A stretch of 64,000 nt of DNA from positions 576,001 to 640,000 of the forward strand of contig OY760686.1 in assembly GCA_963663865.1 (NCBI GenBank). The letters are read 5' to 3'. The notes beneath the pieces were generated by a model. That model saw only the letters and a list, made by a program, of their open reading frames with translations, was not told the DNA's origin and did no database searches. Every line of letters starts with the position of its first letter. The stretch's first letter is position 1. The translations under genes were made by a program, and so were the position numbers. The DNA comes from Spirochaetota bacterium. GTDB taxonomy: Bacteria > Spirochaetota > UBA4802 > UBA5550. Of this stretch, positions 20,801-30,446 are shown in pieces.

Positions 20801-22162
20801 TTCAACGTTGGTTATGTTAAGGTCTCCCGATGCTGACTCCTCAAGGAAGGAGCCGGTACCGGCTGAACATGCTTCGTTCATGGCATAGTCGATGGGGACC
20901 TTGTTTTTCAGGTAAACGTACTTGGCGTCCTGTCCGCCAATCTCAAAGATGGTGTCGATGTCTGGCTTGAAATAGGTTGTTCCAACAGCGTGGGCGATTA
21001 TTTCATTGTAAACGGCCGGCGTCTCCAGAAAAACACCGAGTATTTCACGTGATGATCCGGTCGTTGAGGCGATTGATATGCTGATCTTTTCGTCGCCTAT
21101 TTGCTCCTTGAGCTGCTTTTTTACTTCCACAAGGCAGTTTTTAAGGGCGGCAACAGGATCGCCATGCGTGCGGCCGTAGTGGGCAGCAACTATCTCTTCT
21201 GTTTCAATGTCGATGAGGGCGACTTTTGTAGTCGTTGAGCCGCCGTCCACGCCGAGAATATATTCACCGCCTGCTCTGGCTTTGCCGCGTCTGGGTTCAA
21301 GATAGGTGACTTTACCTTCGGCTGTTGTGAGAGACGGCAGTCTTGAGAAGCCGGCGTTGTTGGGTTTGTATCTTTTTGATTCATCGGGAAGAGTGCTGCC
21401 GGCTTCCTTTGCAAGAATCGCTGCGCCAAGGGCTTCAAAGTATGAAGCTTCTTCCGGGATGATGAAGTTTACTTCAGGGAGCTTTTCTTTTACGTACTGA
21501 ATGATGTACTTATTTCTTGTTACTCCGCCCGCGAGAATTACAGAGCCTTTCTCTATGTGAGCTCTTCGGAGGAAGTCAACTACCTTTGTGGCCATGACAT
21601 CGCTGAGCGACAGAACTATGTCATCTTTTGTGGCTTCGCCTTTGTTGAGTTTGTGCGTACAGTCGCTCTTCATAAAAACGGAGCAGCGAGATGAAAGCTT
21701 ATGGACTTTTGATCCTTCTGCTACCGAGCTAACGTCAGTGAGTTTCATGTTCATTCGGCCGAGCTGCTGCTTGAAAAATTCGCCTGTTCCTGACGCGCAT
21801 TTATTGCCGGAGAAGCTGGTAATGATTTTCCCGTCTGAATCAATGGTATAAACAACAAAGTTTTCACCGCCAAGAGAGACGACAGCACGGGCGTCATATT
21901 TAAGCGCTTTTAGTGATTCTTCAATACAGACTGATTCAAGAACATTGTTGATATTAATCAGATAACGGCCCTCAGTTCCAGTCGCAAGACATTTTGTGTC
22001 AGATGGTATGTCCGCCCTGCTCAGAAGTGACTTTAGCTTGTCGAAGAAATTTCCTTCATGGTCAAGGACTTCCTTCCAGACGATTTTGTCATCTTCCAGC
22101 ATGACCGCCTTAATGCTTGATGAACCTATATTGATTCCAAGACTGCGCATGATATCCTCCAA
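17840..22162 (-). CDS. Fused acyl-CoA dehydratase activase (two BadF/BadG/BcrAD ASKHA domains + DUF2229/dehydratase-like domains)
   Basis: 'GINIGSSSIK', 'NKCASGTG', 'GVDGGSTTTK', 'EIGGQDAK', 'MNEACSAGTG', 'YCFPAEIAHG', 'GRPYN', 'NFSCAPD' and 'TRVEAF'. Confidence 0.9.
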   Translation of the reverse strand: MEDIMRSLGINIGSSSIKAVMLEDDKIVWKEVLDHEGNFFDKLKSLLSRADIPSDTKCLATGTEGRYLININNVLESVCIEESLKALKYDARAVVSLGGENFVVYTIDSDGKIITSFSGNKCASGTGEFFKQQLGRMNMKLTDVSSVAEGSKVHKLSSRCSVFMKSDCTHKLNKGEATKDDIVLSLSDVMATKVVDFLRRAHIEKGSVILAGGVTRNKYIIQYVKEKLPEVNFIIPEEASYFEALGAAILAKEAGSTLPDESKRYKPNNAGFSRLPSLTTAEGKVTYLEPRRGKARAGGEYILGVDGGSTTTKVALIDIETEEIVAAHYGRTHGDPVAALKNCLVEVKKQLKEQIGDEKISISIASTTGSSREILGVFLETPAVYNEIIAHAVGTTYFKPDIDTIFEIGGQDAKYVYLKNKVPIDYAMNEACSAGTGSFLEESASGDLNITNVEEIGDIAVKAQAPLKFGETCSAFINSDIRKAIQHGSSREDITAGIITSIVANYLNRVVGNRSVGQNIVLQGGVAKNKAVPLAFAMLLNKNIVIPPDPELLGCFGVGILAKQKLQDGFIEKGSFDIDTILASEIVYEREFKCQACDNYCPIRVLNVNGHKYMFGGRCNKYANIRKKKVFEENSIFNYIEKRDEMLFKTFAPSTETFSKKRDFTVGIPKAFSIYTLWPLYSWFFHELGIEIALSDEIEHEGVARMESAYCFPAEIAHGAVQNIISRGFDYIFVPHFRDMPSYEKDVHANFCPITQSLPYYIKKAFPDIDESRFLAPIVSFKYGTEKALEGFYELGKSLGVSDSETRSAFNKAYAKQLEFAAAYQEMGVKALEDARKADRPVIALLGRPYNAFTKDANMGIPLKFTSRGYSIIPFDMLPFKEAKIFDNMYWYYGQQDMRAASFLKKEDNIFVTYITNFSCAPDSFMLHYVRWFMGIKPFLVLELDSHSADAGVDTRVEAFLDIIEGYRNISHGEKERFDNGLRFINNGADPLHLLDEKTGEQIPIFNNPRVKMLLANMGRLSTELMAAALRGVGVNAEALPVPDSFVLQMARNNMSGKECLPSQLVLGEALQYLMSDRYDRTEIYMVFCPTTRGPCRTGQYYIFYENLFKDMGLENVIVVTLDSENSYNELGPEFSKHMWWSVVASDYMKDIETSLRTCAVDPQTAIAKYDELWQELIDISEKDASKMVPALRRIASEISRIPLKREMAKTPKVLVVGEIYVRRDDFAVDELIMLMSKRGIIAKVSGIAEWIYYCDYTRKYELDKKYALLPFYKKLFSKTHRDIIMWHIEKMWKHHVDKKVKKALSATGLIPKTPHDMNRIMRNANTLFVTNELESEISISSGAAATALMDDYSGVVNISPFACLIGRVIEGLITPWARDNRLPVMSVEIDGEILPPNIINKLEIFMLNVLRFRSGDDVVDLIEKENEQIVTIDRKVIRS

Positions 22163-22383
22163 AATGCATATAAAACCGCATCATATTGTAGATTTAACTT
22201 TTAATCGGAAATGCAACAGGTAAAGCCCGCCGGAGACCGTCATTCTGGCGGGGAGCCGGTTTTGTTTCCTGTTTTTATTACTCTTTATTCATATTCAGAA
22301 TGCTGATTATATTTGTCCAGAAATATTTCAATGTTTTTAATAGCCGGCGGGGACGTAAGATTGATCACCGCCGGGACAAAGCC

Positions 22384-23598
22384 CTACCCCTCGCTTTCAG
22401 GGACGGGGACTTCCCTGAATTCACTGTGCCCCGAGTTAGCGAAAAGCGCCCAGCCGGCAGCTGAGACTACACCTGCCGAAAGCACCAGAATGCTGAAGAC
22501 AAGCGCTCTGTTCTGCCATGGGAGCGTGACAAATGACATTGAAGAAGCTCCTGTAAGCATAAAGAAGAAGTTTATCAAAGATGAAGAAGATCCGGCCCTT
22601 TTGCCGCCAATATTAAGGAGAATTCCGCTCCCGAGGGGGCGGAGAAGGCTGCATGCCAGAGATGCCGGGAAAAGGCAAATTATCAGTCCGGCCGGGCTTT
22701 TATGCCCGTACAGAATCAGTGCAATCCCTGAAAGCGTTATAACTGTGTACACAGATGTCAATAATGCCGGCATGCTTAGCCTCTTTTCCGCTTTTATGTA
22801 GAGAATCGGACCAATGATTGAGGCGGAAGCGTTTACGGCAAAGAATAATCCAAAGTCAGAGGGGCTTACCCCGAACTGTGTCATGAAAATAAGGGATGAT
22901 CCTCCGATAAAACCGAATATGATTATTGCGGGTAGCGAGAAGAGAATCAGGTTTTTTCTGAATTTGTTATTTGAGAGAATGCTGAATAAGCCCATCAAGG
23001 ACCGTGCCATCGGTTCCGACTCCTGGCGCCCGGAGGTCTCCGGAATCAGGCGGAGCCCAACTATGGAAACAAGACCAAAGCAGGCGAGGATTACGAAAAC
23101 TGTATGCCATGTTGACCAGCTTATAATAAGAGAACCCAGCGTCGGAGCGATAACGGGGGCAATTACCATAAGTGATGTCAGAAGAGCGAGCGCCTTCTTG
23201 CGTGACTGGCCTTTGAAAACATCCTGAACTATCGCAAGCGTTATTGTCGCAGGGGCGCCTGCTCCGATTGCCTGCAGAATTCGCATGGCTATCAGCATCT
23301 CAGCGTTTTGTGCAAGAGCACATCCGGCGCTTGATAAGGAGAACAATGATATTCCCGCGGCCAGGGCGGGTTTTCGGCCAGTTCTGTCTGAAATGGGGCC
23401 CCAGAGAAGCATGGAAAATGAAAAGAATACGAAGAAGAGAACCAGAGTCAGGTTCAGGTAACCCGTATCAGTGCCAAATTCTGCGGCTATGCCCTTGAGA
23501 GAGGGGAGGTACATGTCTGTTGAAAGCGGCGGATACGCGCTCATGACAACGAGCAGCAGTAGCAGCATGATTTTCTGCTTTTTGGAATGTTTATACAT
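22384..23598 (-). CDS. Bcr/CflA family MFS multidrug efflux transporter
   Basis: 'PLSTDMYLPS', motif A 'GPISDRTGRKP' and 'APVIAPTLG'. Start uncertain (track 23694). Confidence 0.9.
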   Translation of the reverse strand: MYKHSKKQKIMLLLLLVVMSAYPPLSTDMYLPSLKGIAAEFGTDTGYLNLTLVLFFVFFSFSMLLWGPISDRTGRKPALAAGISLFSLSSAGCALAQNAEMLIAMRILQAIGAGAPATITLAIVQDVFKGQSRKKALALLTSLMVIAPVIAPTLGSLIISWSTWHTVFVILACFGLVSIVGLRLIPETSGRQESEPMARSLMGLFSILSNNKFRKNLILFSLPAIIIFGFIGGSSLIFMTQFGVSPSDFGLFFAVNASASIIGPILYIKAEKRLSMPALLTSVYTVITLSGIALILYGHKSPAGLIICLFPASLACSLLRPLGSGILLNIGGKRAGSSSSLINFFFMLTGASSMSFVTLPWQNRALVFSILVLSAGVVSAAGWALFANSGHSEFREVPVPESEG

Positions 23599-23728
23599 AA
23601 TGAAAATGTTCTCCTGGCTTTTAAAAATATTTGCTTTCACGTATAATGTTATAAGATATAAGTAGCATGGAAAATTATGGGGTATAATTGTCAAGTGTCA
23701 TTGTTGAAAAAAATATTAAAAAATAAAA

Positions 23729-23752
23729 GACTCATATTTCATTGTGAGTCGA
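23729..23752 (+). promoter_or_regulatory. Shared 24-bp regulatory box, copy 1 (upstream of IS110-like gene)
   Basis: GACTCATATTTCATTGTGAGTCGA, matching consensus GWCTYAWRWTKCATYRTGARDCGA seen four times in the island. Confidence 0.65.
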
Positions 23753-23863
23753 ACTATTACATGCAATGTGGTTCATTATTTATGATAAGTATAAAACTTA
23801 TAATGATTATAGTAAAATTATGCAGTATCATCCGCCAATAACAAGGTTGATAATAGATAATGC

Positions 23864-25003
23864 ATGATTATGGAGCTTGTAATGGATGGTGCCTGCAGGT
23901 CTGTATGCGGAATGCTAATTGATGAAAATGTTATCAAAGCATGTATTACTACCTTTGAATCAAAAGGAATAACAAAGATTAAAAAAAAGAGCTTTGATGC
24001 TAGTTGCTCAAGAATCTCAGATGTAAAAAATTGGCTTAAAACACATGAAGTGAAATCGGTAGGCGTCATATCCCCCGGTCCGAGTTGGAGGTCTGTGTGG
24101 GGGGGGCTTGAAAAAGAATTCGATCTATGCCTGACACATAAAGCTGATCTGGAGAATATTTGTTTTAATGATTATAATTGTAAAGAAGAAACTGAGATTA
24201 TAGCTGAATTAATCTATAAAGGTCAATTGAGAACAAAATACGTCCCGTCAATTTTAATTTGGGAACTCAGGGATTTAACAAGGTTAAGGTGTTCATTAGT
24301 GCATAATATTGCTTTGTTGGGTGCACAGATTCACAATACAATGCAGAAAGAGGGTGTTTTACTGCCAGAGATGGATAATGATGAAAACACAGGATTTATT
24401 AAAAAATACATTTTTAATAAATGGAAAGCAATCGAATCAAAATGGAATTGTGAGATTAGCGATCATTCAAAATTTCTTCTTAACTACTATTCGAGTTGTT
24501 TGGAAAATGAAGAAGAAAAAATAAAGTTAGTTTCGACGAGAATAGATCAAACCTTATTACCATTTAATAAGATTATTCGTAAAGTAATGATGATTCCGGG
24601 CATGTATAAAACAATTGCTCAAAATATATTGGCTGAAACTGGATTTAAAATGAATCATTTTTCATCACCGGAGGAATTAGCTGCCTGGGCGGGGGTATTT
24701 ACTAATAAAAATAAAGAAAATAATATGACAGGAAAAAATGGGAAGACCGGCCGGGATTGGATTCGAAAATTTCTTAAAGAAGCATCTATATCTATAGTAA
24801 ATGTAAGAAAATCTGAACTGTCAGCATACTATAATAAACTTCTTCCACGTTTTGGAATTAGAGCCTCTATGAAGAGAATTGAATACTCAATATTATATTT
24901 TATTTACATGATTATAGAAAACGACAGGTGTTATAGCGAACTAATCAATGAATTTTTAAAAAAAGAAGAAGAATATTTCAAAAACAAAGATCATGTGAGG
25001 TAA
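23864..25003 (+). CDS. IS110-family recombinase-derived protein with degenerate catalytic motifs (intact ORF)
   Basis: IS110 scaffold is kept ('WELRDLTRLR', 'MIPGMYKTIAQNILAETG.KMNHFSSPEELAAWAG', 'LSAYYNKL'). The usual GxDVH, MESTG, KTDxxDA and ESAGK motifs read GMLID, VISPG, YNCKEET and KENNM. Confidence 0.8.
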   Translation: MIMELVMDGACRSVCGMLIDENVIKACITTFESKGITKIKKKSFDASCSRISDVKNWLKTHEVKSVGVISPGPSWRSVWGGLEKEFDLCLTHKADLENICFNDYNCKEETEIIAELIYKGQLRTKYVPSILIWELRDLTRLRCSLVHNIALLGAQIHNTMQKEGVLLPEMDNDENTGFIKKYIFNKWKAIESKWNCEISDHSKFLLNYYSSCLENEEEKIKLVSTRIDQTLLPFNKIIRKVMMIPGMYKTIAQNILAETGFKMNHFSSPEELAAWAGVFTNKNKENNMTGKNGKTGRDWIRKFLKEASISIVNVRKSELSAYYNKLLPRFGIRASMKRIEYSILYFIYMIIENDRCYSELINEFLKKEEEYFKNKDHVR

Positions 25004-25164
25004 CATATTATTGATATTTTTTTAAAATCGTTTCAATTACAATTCTAAGCTGAAAAGATATTTTAATCCAGGCTGTATATCTGCATAGTAGCCGCATTCC
25101 TTTAGTTTATCTATTCTCCATCTCCTTGAACCAGTTTCCGAATAATCTCTGATTAAAAAAATGA

Positions 25165-25188
25165 GTCTTATAATGCATCATGAATCGA
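25165..25188 (+). promoter_or_regulatory. Shared 24-bp regulatory box, copy 2 (upstream of GH3-1)
   Basis: GTCTTATAATGCATCATGAATCGA, preceded by an A-tract. Confidence 0.6.
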
Positions 25189-25425
25189 CTTCGGTATTAT
25201 TTGAAGATCTAATTAGTCAATTAAATGCACAATAATAATCAATGTATAAGGGGGGCTATTAATTGTGAAATTTTAAGTTCAGATTATTTGTTAATTCAAC
25301 AGGGACAGTAGTTTAAAAAAAGTTCGAGGAGGGAATAAAGGGAAAATCTAAAGTTAGCAAATTGTGAATAACACATACTGAGTTGTTAATTTGTATGAAT
25401 ATTAATAGTAAAGGAGATCAATAAT

Positions 25426-27546
25426 ATGTTTATTAATACCCTAAAGAGGATTCTGGTCCTGGCTCTATTTATTTCAGTTATAGCAGTTGTGACAGGGTGT
25501 GGAGATTCGGATGACGGAAAATCTGTGACTCAGCCTGATCTGGGATACCGAAACTCTACTATTCTGGATGTTGATGGGTTTCAGTTTAAAGATCTTAACA
25601 AAAACGGAGTGTTAGACGCATACGAAGACTGGCGACTTCCCGCTGAAGACAGAGTAAGCAATCTTTTATCCCTAATGTCGATTGAGGAGAAAGCCGGACT
25701 ATTTTGTGCGCCTCAAACCTCAATGGGTGGAACTTTGGAGGCCGTCATTGATACTTATAAAACGTTAACCGAACAAAATTTGAGAACAAGAATTATCGGA
25801 ATGTCAAATTTTAAGCCCAATGTCCGTGCTCAGGCAAACAACCTTATTCAGGAAATGGGTGAAGAGAGCAGGCTGGGTATTCCATGGCTCAACATGTCAG
25901 ATCCGACTTTAGCAGCCGGTGCTGATTATGGACAGGGTTCCACTGTAGGCGAAGGAGCCGGCGGGATGGCAGACTTTTCTATTTGGCCGGCTAAACTCTC
26001 ATCAACCTCAGCTTATGATGTTGAGCATGTCAGAAAGTGGGCAAAGGCCTCACATGAGGCATGGCTTGCTATTGGAGTCAGAGTGTTCCTCGGACCTCAA
26101 ATCGATCTTCCGACGGAACCTCGCTGGGGAAGAAATACCAGTACCTTTGGTACTGATGTAGAGATGGCTTCCGCAATGACTGCTGAATGGATAAAAGTAT
26201 TTCAGCCAAATGGGAAGGAGCTTGGAAAGGATGCAATTGTGTGTGTTATGAAACACTGGCCGGGTGAAGGACCTCAAGAGGGAGGATATGATGGTCATGT
26301 TGCTGCTGGAAAGTGGGCAATTTATCCAGGAAATAATTTTGATTATCACCTTAAACCGTTCATTGCCGGATTTGAGGCTGGTGGTATTTCCTGTATGACA
26401 TATTACCCAATTCCGGCATCTGGAAACTGGACAGCAGCTGATGGAGTTATAGACGGACGGACAATTGAACAGGTCGGGGCAGGGTTTAACGCTGAACTTA
26501 TGACAAAAATGTGGAAAGAGCATTACGGCTATGATTATACATGGTTTGTTTCAGACTGGATGATTTTTGAGAATAGTCCGCTTGTTGACCCAAGTGTTTT
26601 TATGGGAGCGTGTCATGGAACTGAAGTGCTGACTCACGAACAGCGTGTTGCAAAGTCTATACTTGCCGGTCTGAATATTTTCGGCGGTACAGAAGACCCT
26701 TCCTGGTTTGTTGGTGCTTACAATGAAGGACTTGTCGCTGAGGAAGATATTAACTATACAGTCGGAAGAACTCTGGAAATAATGTTCAAACTCGGTCTGT
26801 TCGAAAATCCATATGTTGACGAAAATGCAGCAGCAGAAGCTTTCGCAAAACAGGAATACTGGGATCAGGGTGCCGCGGCAATGGCTAAATCTCAGGTTTT
26901 AATAAAAAATAAAGAAAATCTTGTTCCGTTAGATGAAGGAAAGAAAATATTTCTTTATGGATCTGATTTTAGATCTTCTGACGAAGGTGCTGATGTAAAT
27001 TCACAAATTCTTGATGTCGCAGAAGATTACGGAGATGTAATTAATGATAATGATGAGTATGGCAGCGATGATGAAAAAATTATAGCTGCTGATTATGTTA
27101 TACTCAGGATTACATCGCCTAAATGGTATAGCGCGATGGCTCCATTTCCCCTTTCGAGGGATGAGGTTCAATATAGTCAATATATAAACCATAACGGAGT
27201 TAAATGCTATAATTATGACAATACTCTGGGTGCTGTTGATCATGTTGTAGAGGTTCTTAATACTGCAGGAAATCCCAACAACACTAAAGTTATTGTCCAG
27301 GCTTCAATATCGACTGTAGTTATAACGGAAATCACCGCTTTGTCTGATGCGTGTGCTGTTGATTTCGGTGGAATCCCAGATCGCTATGTGTTCAACAATC
27401 TTTTCGGGCGTTCACATTATTCAGGTAAACTGCCCGTAGGACTTCCTGACTCGGATGATCTGGTTCAAAACGGATATGCTGATATCCCCGATGACGATAG
27501 TGTAATATATCGCAGAGGGTATGGATTAACCACAAGCGCAAAATGA
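25426..27546 (+). CDS. Glycoside hydrolase family 3 lipoprotein (GH3-1)
   Basis: Lipobox VVTGC; 'KDLNKNGVLDAYEDWRL', 'EPRWGR', 'KHWPG', nucleophile motif 'VSDW' and 'LGLFENPY'. AAGGAG RBS. Confidence 0.9.
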   Translation: MFINTLKRILVLALFISVIAVVTGCGDSDDGKSVTQPDLGYRNSTILDVDGFQFKDLNKNGVLDAYEDWRLPAEDRVSNLLSLMSIEEKAGLFCAPQTSMGGTLEAVIDTYKTLTEQNLRTRIIGMSNFKPNVRAQANNLIQEMGEESRLGIPWLNMSDPTLAAGADYGQGSTVGEGAGGMADFSIWPAKLSSTSAYDVEHVRKWAKASHEAWLAIGVRVFLGPQIDLPTEPRWGRNTSTFGTDVEMASAMTAEWIKVFQPNGKELGKDAIVCVMKHWPGEGPQEGGYDGHVAAGKWAIYPGNNFDYHLKPFIAGFEAGGISCMTYYPIPASGNWTAADGVIDGRTIEQVGAGFNAELMTKMWKEHYGYDYTWFVSDWMIFENSPLVDPSVFMGACHGTEVLTHEQRVAKSILAGLNIFGGTEDPSWFVGAYNEGLVAEEDINYTVGRTLEIMFKLGLFENPYVDENAAAEAFAKQEYWDQGAAAMAKSQVLIKNKENLVPLDEGKKIFLYGSDFRSSDEGADVNSQILDVAEDYGDVINDNDEYGSDDEKIIAADYVILRITSPKWYSAMAPFPLSRDEVQYSQYINHNGVKCYNYDNTLGAVDHVVEVLNTAGNPNNTKVIVQASISTVVITEITALSDACAVDFGGIPDRYVFNNLFGRSHYSGKLPVGLPDSDDLVQNGYADIPDDDSVIYRRGYGLTTSAK

Positions 27547-27638
27547 TGTATAGTTTTGGGATGATTTATTGGGTGACATGATGAATTGATGAACATGCAT
27601 TATGTCACTCATATAGCTGCCAAAAAACAGTGTTGTAA

Positions 27639-27683
27639 TATGAATCTCAGCTCAAAGATTATTATAAAGAGCTGAGATTCATA
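27639..27683. terminator. Strong hairpin after GH3-1 (probable terminator)
   Basis: TATGAATCTCAGCTC-N15-GAGCTGAGATTCATA perfect inverted repeat. Confidence 0.6.
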
Positions 27684-27808
27684 AATAAATGTAGCTTATA
27701 ATCTGGACTCTCCGAGCAAAACCTCACCCCACCTCAGCTTTGTTATAAAGAGAAGTTTCCGAGCGTATCCTAGAAAACGGGATGTATTCAATTCATTCTA
27801 AAATATGT

Positions 27809-27832
27809 GTCTCAAGTTGCATCGTGAAGCGA
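27809..27832 (+). promoter_or_regulatory. Shared 24-bp regulatory box, copy 3 (upstream of GH3-2)
   Basis: GTCTCAAGTTGCATCGTGAAGCGA, with a TGTTAATCT extended -10-like element about 30 bp downstream. Confidence 0.55.
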
Positions 27833-28100
27833 AATCGTTGTGAATTCATGACTTAATCAGGTGTTAATCTTTAATGTATCTATTGATGCAAGGTCTTTTT
27901 CAATCAAGCTGCAGGCACAGGTGCTCTCGACACCTGTCTGATATAGCGTTGGATTGTAAGGTATAAACTGTAAAGAACAAAGTTATAGCATATAAATAAT
28001 ATATGGGGTTGTGAGCATGACCTGTTTTATAAAATAGAACCGGCATCACTTTGTCCCAATATATATTTATATAGATATCAACATATTTTTAGGAGGGTCA

Positions 28101-30254
28101 TTGATAATGATCAAAAAAGTAATTTCAGTTGTTACGCTGATTACAGCTGTCTGTGCATTTATGGGATGCGACGGTGATGGTGGATCGGAGAAAAAAGAGA
28201 CCAGTGATGAATGTGTCAGTATCTATTGTAAAGACGGAGAACTGGTGCAGCCTGTTATAAAGGTTGCTTCAGAACTTGAATCAGGGGTTCAGGTAAGCCT
28301 TTCAGCCGACTTGATGAAATCAAAAACTGTTATTGAGGTTGATGGATGGAGATTTAAGGACTCTAATGGTAATGGAGTTCTTGATGATTATGAAGATTGG
28401 CGCCTTTCCGCCAAGGAAAGAGCAACCGCTCTGGTCAATATGGAGGACTTCACCCTTGAACAAAAAACTGCATTGCTTGGTATAGGCGGCGGTTCAATGA
28501 GTGATGATGGCTCAGTGACTGCGGAAAATACACAGGGAATAGAAATACAGGAAGGTGTCAGGTTTGCTCTCTTGAGGATGATGGGCGGTTTCGGAACAGC
28601 AAAGTCTCCTGAGAATGTTGCTCTGTGGATGAATAACACACAGGCGTATTGTGAAAGCTCGTCACACGGACTCTGCTTTGTAATGTGGTGCGACCCGGAG
28701 AGCTATCAGGGAGGAGAGTCCGACACATGGACCAGAAACTTCCCAAGTCCAATGGGAATGGTTGCTACAAATGATCCTAATGTTGCACGTCAATACGCGG
28801 ATTGTGTTAGAGAAGAATATATGGCTGTCGGGATGAGGGGACAGTATGGCCCACTGGCGGACTGTGCAACCGAACCGAGGTGGACACGCTGGGAAACAGC
28901 TTTTGGTGACGCTCCAGAGGTTACCGCTGAATACACAAGACAGGTAATAAAAGGCTTTCAGAATGACGGGGATACAGCGAATGGTATAGCTGCGATTATG
29001 AAGCATTTTCCGGGACACGGTCCGCAGCAGGATGGAGAAGATCCTCATCAGAGCATGATGGGCGGAACAGATTACAGGGGAGAATTCCTTGTTTATCCAG
29101 GCGGACAATTTGAGAGCCATCTGATTCCATTTAAAGCGGCTATTGAAGAAGGAGCTATGGGTTGTATGCCATGTTATGCCGCGACGATTGGAATTGGTGA
29201 TCCAGAGCAAGTATCTTCGTGTTACAGTACATTTCTCATTAATGATCTGCTTCGAGATGAGCTCGGATTTGATGGCATGATAACTGCAGATTGGGGTGCA
29301 ACTGGTAATGACGCTTTTGGAATGAAGGGGCTGCCAATGAGCTACTATTGTGCAAAGTTCCTTGAAGCAGGTTCAGACCAGCTGGACAATGATGGTGCTC
29401 TGATGAAAACTGCGTACGAAGAAGGATTCATATCAATGGATCAGATTAACGTATCGGCTATCAGATGTGTAGAATTCATTATGAAGTTGGGATTGATGGA
29501 GAATCCGTATGTTGATGTTACTGCGGCAGTGTCAAAGCTTAGAACAGAAAAAAATGTCACTAACGCTAAAAATGCTCAGAAAAAATCGATTGTGCTTCTG
29601 AAAAATGAAACAAAAAATGACAGCGTTTCTTTGCCATTCTATAATGACGGAGATACTTATTCAAAAACACTGCAGGACCAGAATGGAGACGGACTTGTTA
29701 AGATATGGTATAATGGTACAGATCCAACAAGTACAGTTCTTCAGGATACTCAATATGTAGAAAACAGCGGTGTAACAAACATTTCCTTCACGGCTGATCT
29801 TTCTGAAGCTGATTTCGCAGTAGCGCGTTTCCAATCTGTTAACAACACAAAGAACGGTATACAGGATTTAAGATTTACTTCAATGCCTTCAAAACTTCAG
29901 TCGGCGATTGAAGCTCAGGCAACAAACACAAATTTAAAGATTATTGCTGTTATGGAAATGGGCGATGCTTCAATAATAGCCGGAGGAGAGGGAGGAATTG
30001 ACGTTTTAACCCCCTGCGATGCTTTCCTCGTTGATTTCAGCGCAAGCGATACTGAGTTGCTGGAAGTGTTGTTCAAGATAGATTTTGAAGATTTCACAAG
30101 CTCTCTTCCAACTGAGATTTGTTCATCGCAGGCGGCAGCTGAGGAGCAATTTGAAGATGTAGGATCAGATTCTTTTGATCCGACCTTCGCCAGAGGATTC
30201 GGAAAAACATATTCCGGAACGCAATCAAGCGGCGGCGGTGGATGGCCATTTTAA
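28101..30254 (+). CDS. Glycoside hydrolase family 3 lipoprotein (GH3-2)
   Basis: Lipobox AFMGC; 'KDSNGNGVLDDYEDWRL', 'EPRWTR', 'KHFPG', 'TADW' and 'SIVLLKN'. AGGAGG RBS. Confidence 0.9.
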   Translation: MIMIKKVISVVTLITAVCAFMGCDGDGGSEKKETSDECVSIYCKDGELVQPVIKVASELESGVQVSLSADLMKSKTVIEVDGWRFKDSNGNGVLDDYEDWRLSAKERATALVNMEDFTLEQKTALLGIGGGSMSDDGSVTAENTQGIEIQEGVRFALLRMMGGFGTAKSPENVALWMNNTQAYCESSSHGLCFVMWCDPESYQGGESDTWTRNFPSPMGMVATNDPNVARQYADCVREEYMAVGMRGQYGPLADCATEPRWTRWETAFGDAPEVTAEYTRQVIKGFQNDGDTANGIAAIMKHFPGHGPQQDGEDPHQSMMGGTDYRGEFLVYPGGQFESHLIPFKAAIEEGAMGCMPCYAATIGIGDPEQVSSCYSTFLINDLLRDELGFDGMITADWGATGNDAFGMKGLPMSYYCAKFLEAGSDQLDNDGALMKTAYEEGFISMDQINVSAIRCVEFIMKLGLMENPYVDVTAAVSKLRTEKNVTNAKNAQKKSIVLLKNETKNDSVSLPFYNDGDTYSKTLQDQNGDGLVKIWYNGTDPTSTVLQDTQYVENSGVTNISFTADLSEADFAVARFQSVNNTKNGIQDLRFTSMPSKLQSAIEAQATNTNLKIIAVMEMGDASIIAGGEGGIDVLTPCDAFLVDFSASDTELLEVLFKIDFEDFTSSLPTEICSSQAAAEEQFEDVGSDSFDPTFARGFGKTYSGTQSSGGGGWPF

Positions 30255-30284
30255 GTAGTATGTTTAACAAAAAGAATTACTAAA

Positions 30285-30333
30285 TAATAATAAAAAGGCA
30301 TCCGCTTATATTGTGGATGCCTTTTTATTATTA
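30285..30333. terminator. Bidirectional rho-independent terminator
   Basis: TAATAATAAAAAGGCATCC-loop-GGATGCCTTTTTATTATTA between convergent genes. Confidence 0.85.
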
Positions 30334-30446
30334 ACGCAGATTTTATTTAAGGATGTTTAGTTGATAATAACTATACGTTTCAATAATAAATAACTTTGTA
30401 GTTGAAGATTGGGATATGTTTAAACATTGCTTAATAAATTATAACA

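Noticed and set aside
23755-25425. TIGR-type array or canonical bridge RNA flanking the IS110-like gene
   Set aside because: No periodic repeats or convincing two-loop structure were seen in 23755–23863 or 25004–25425. A covariance-model search would be needed to exclude it fully.
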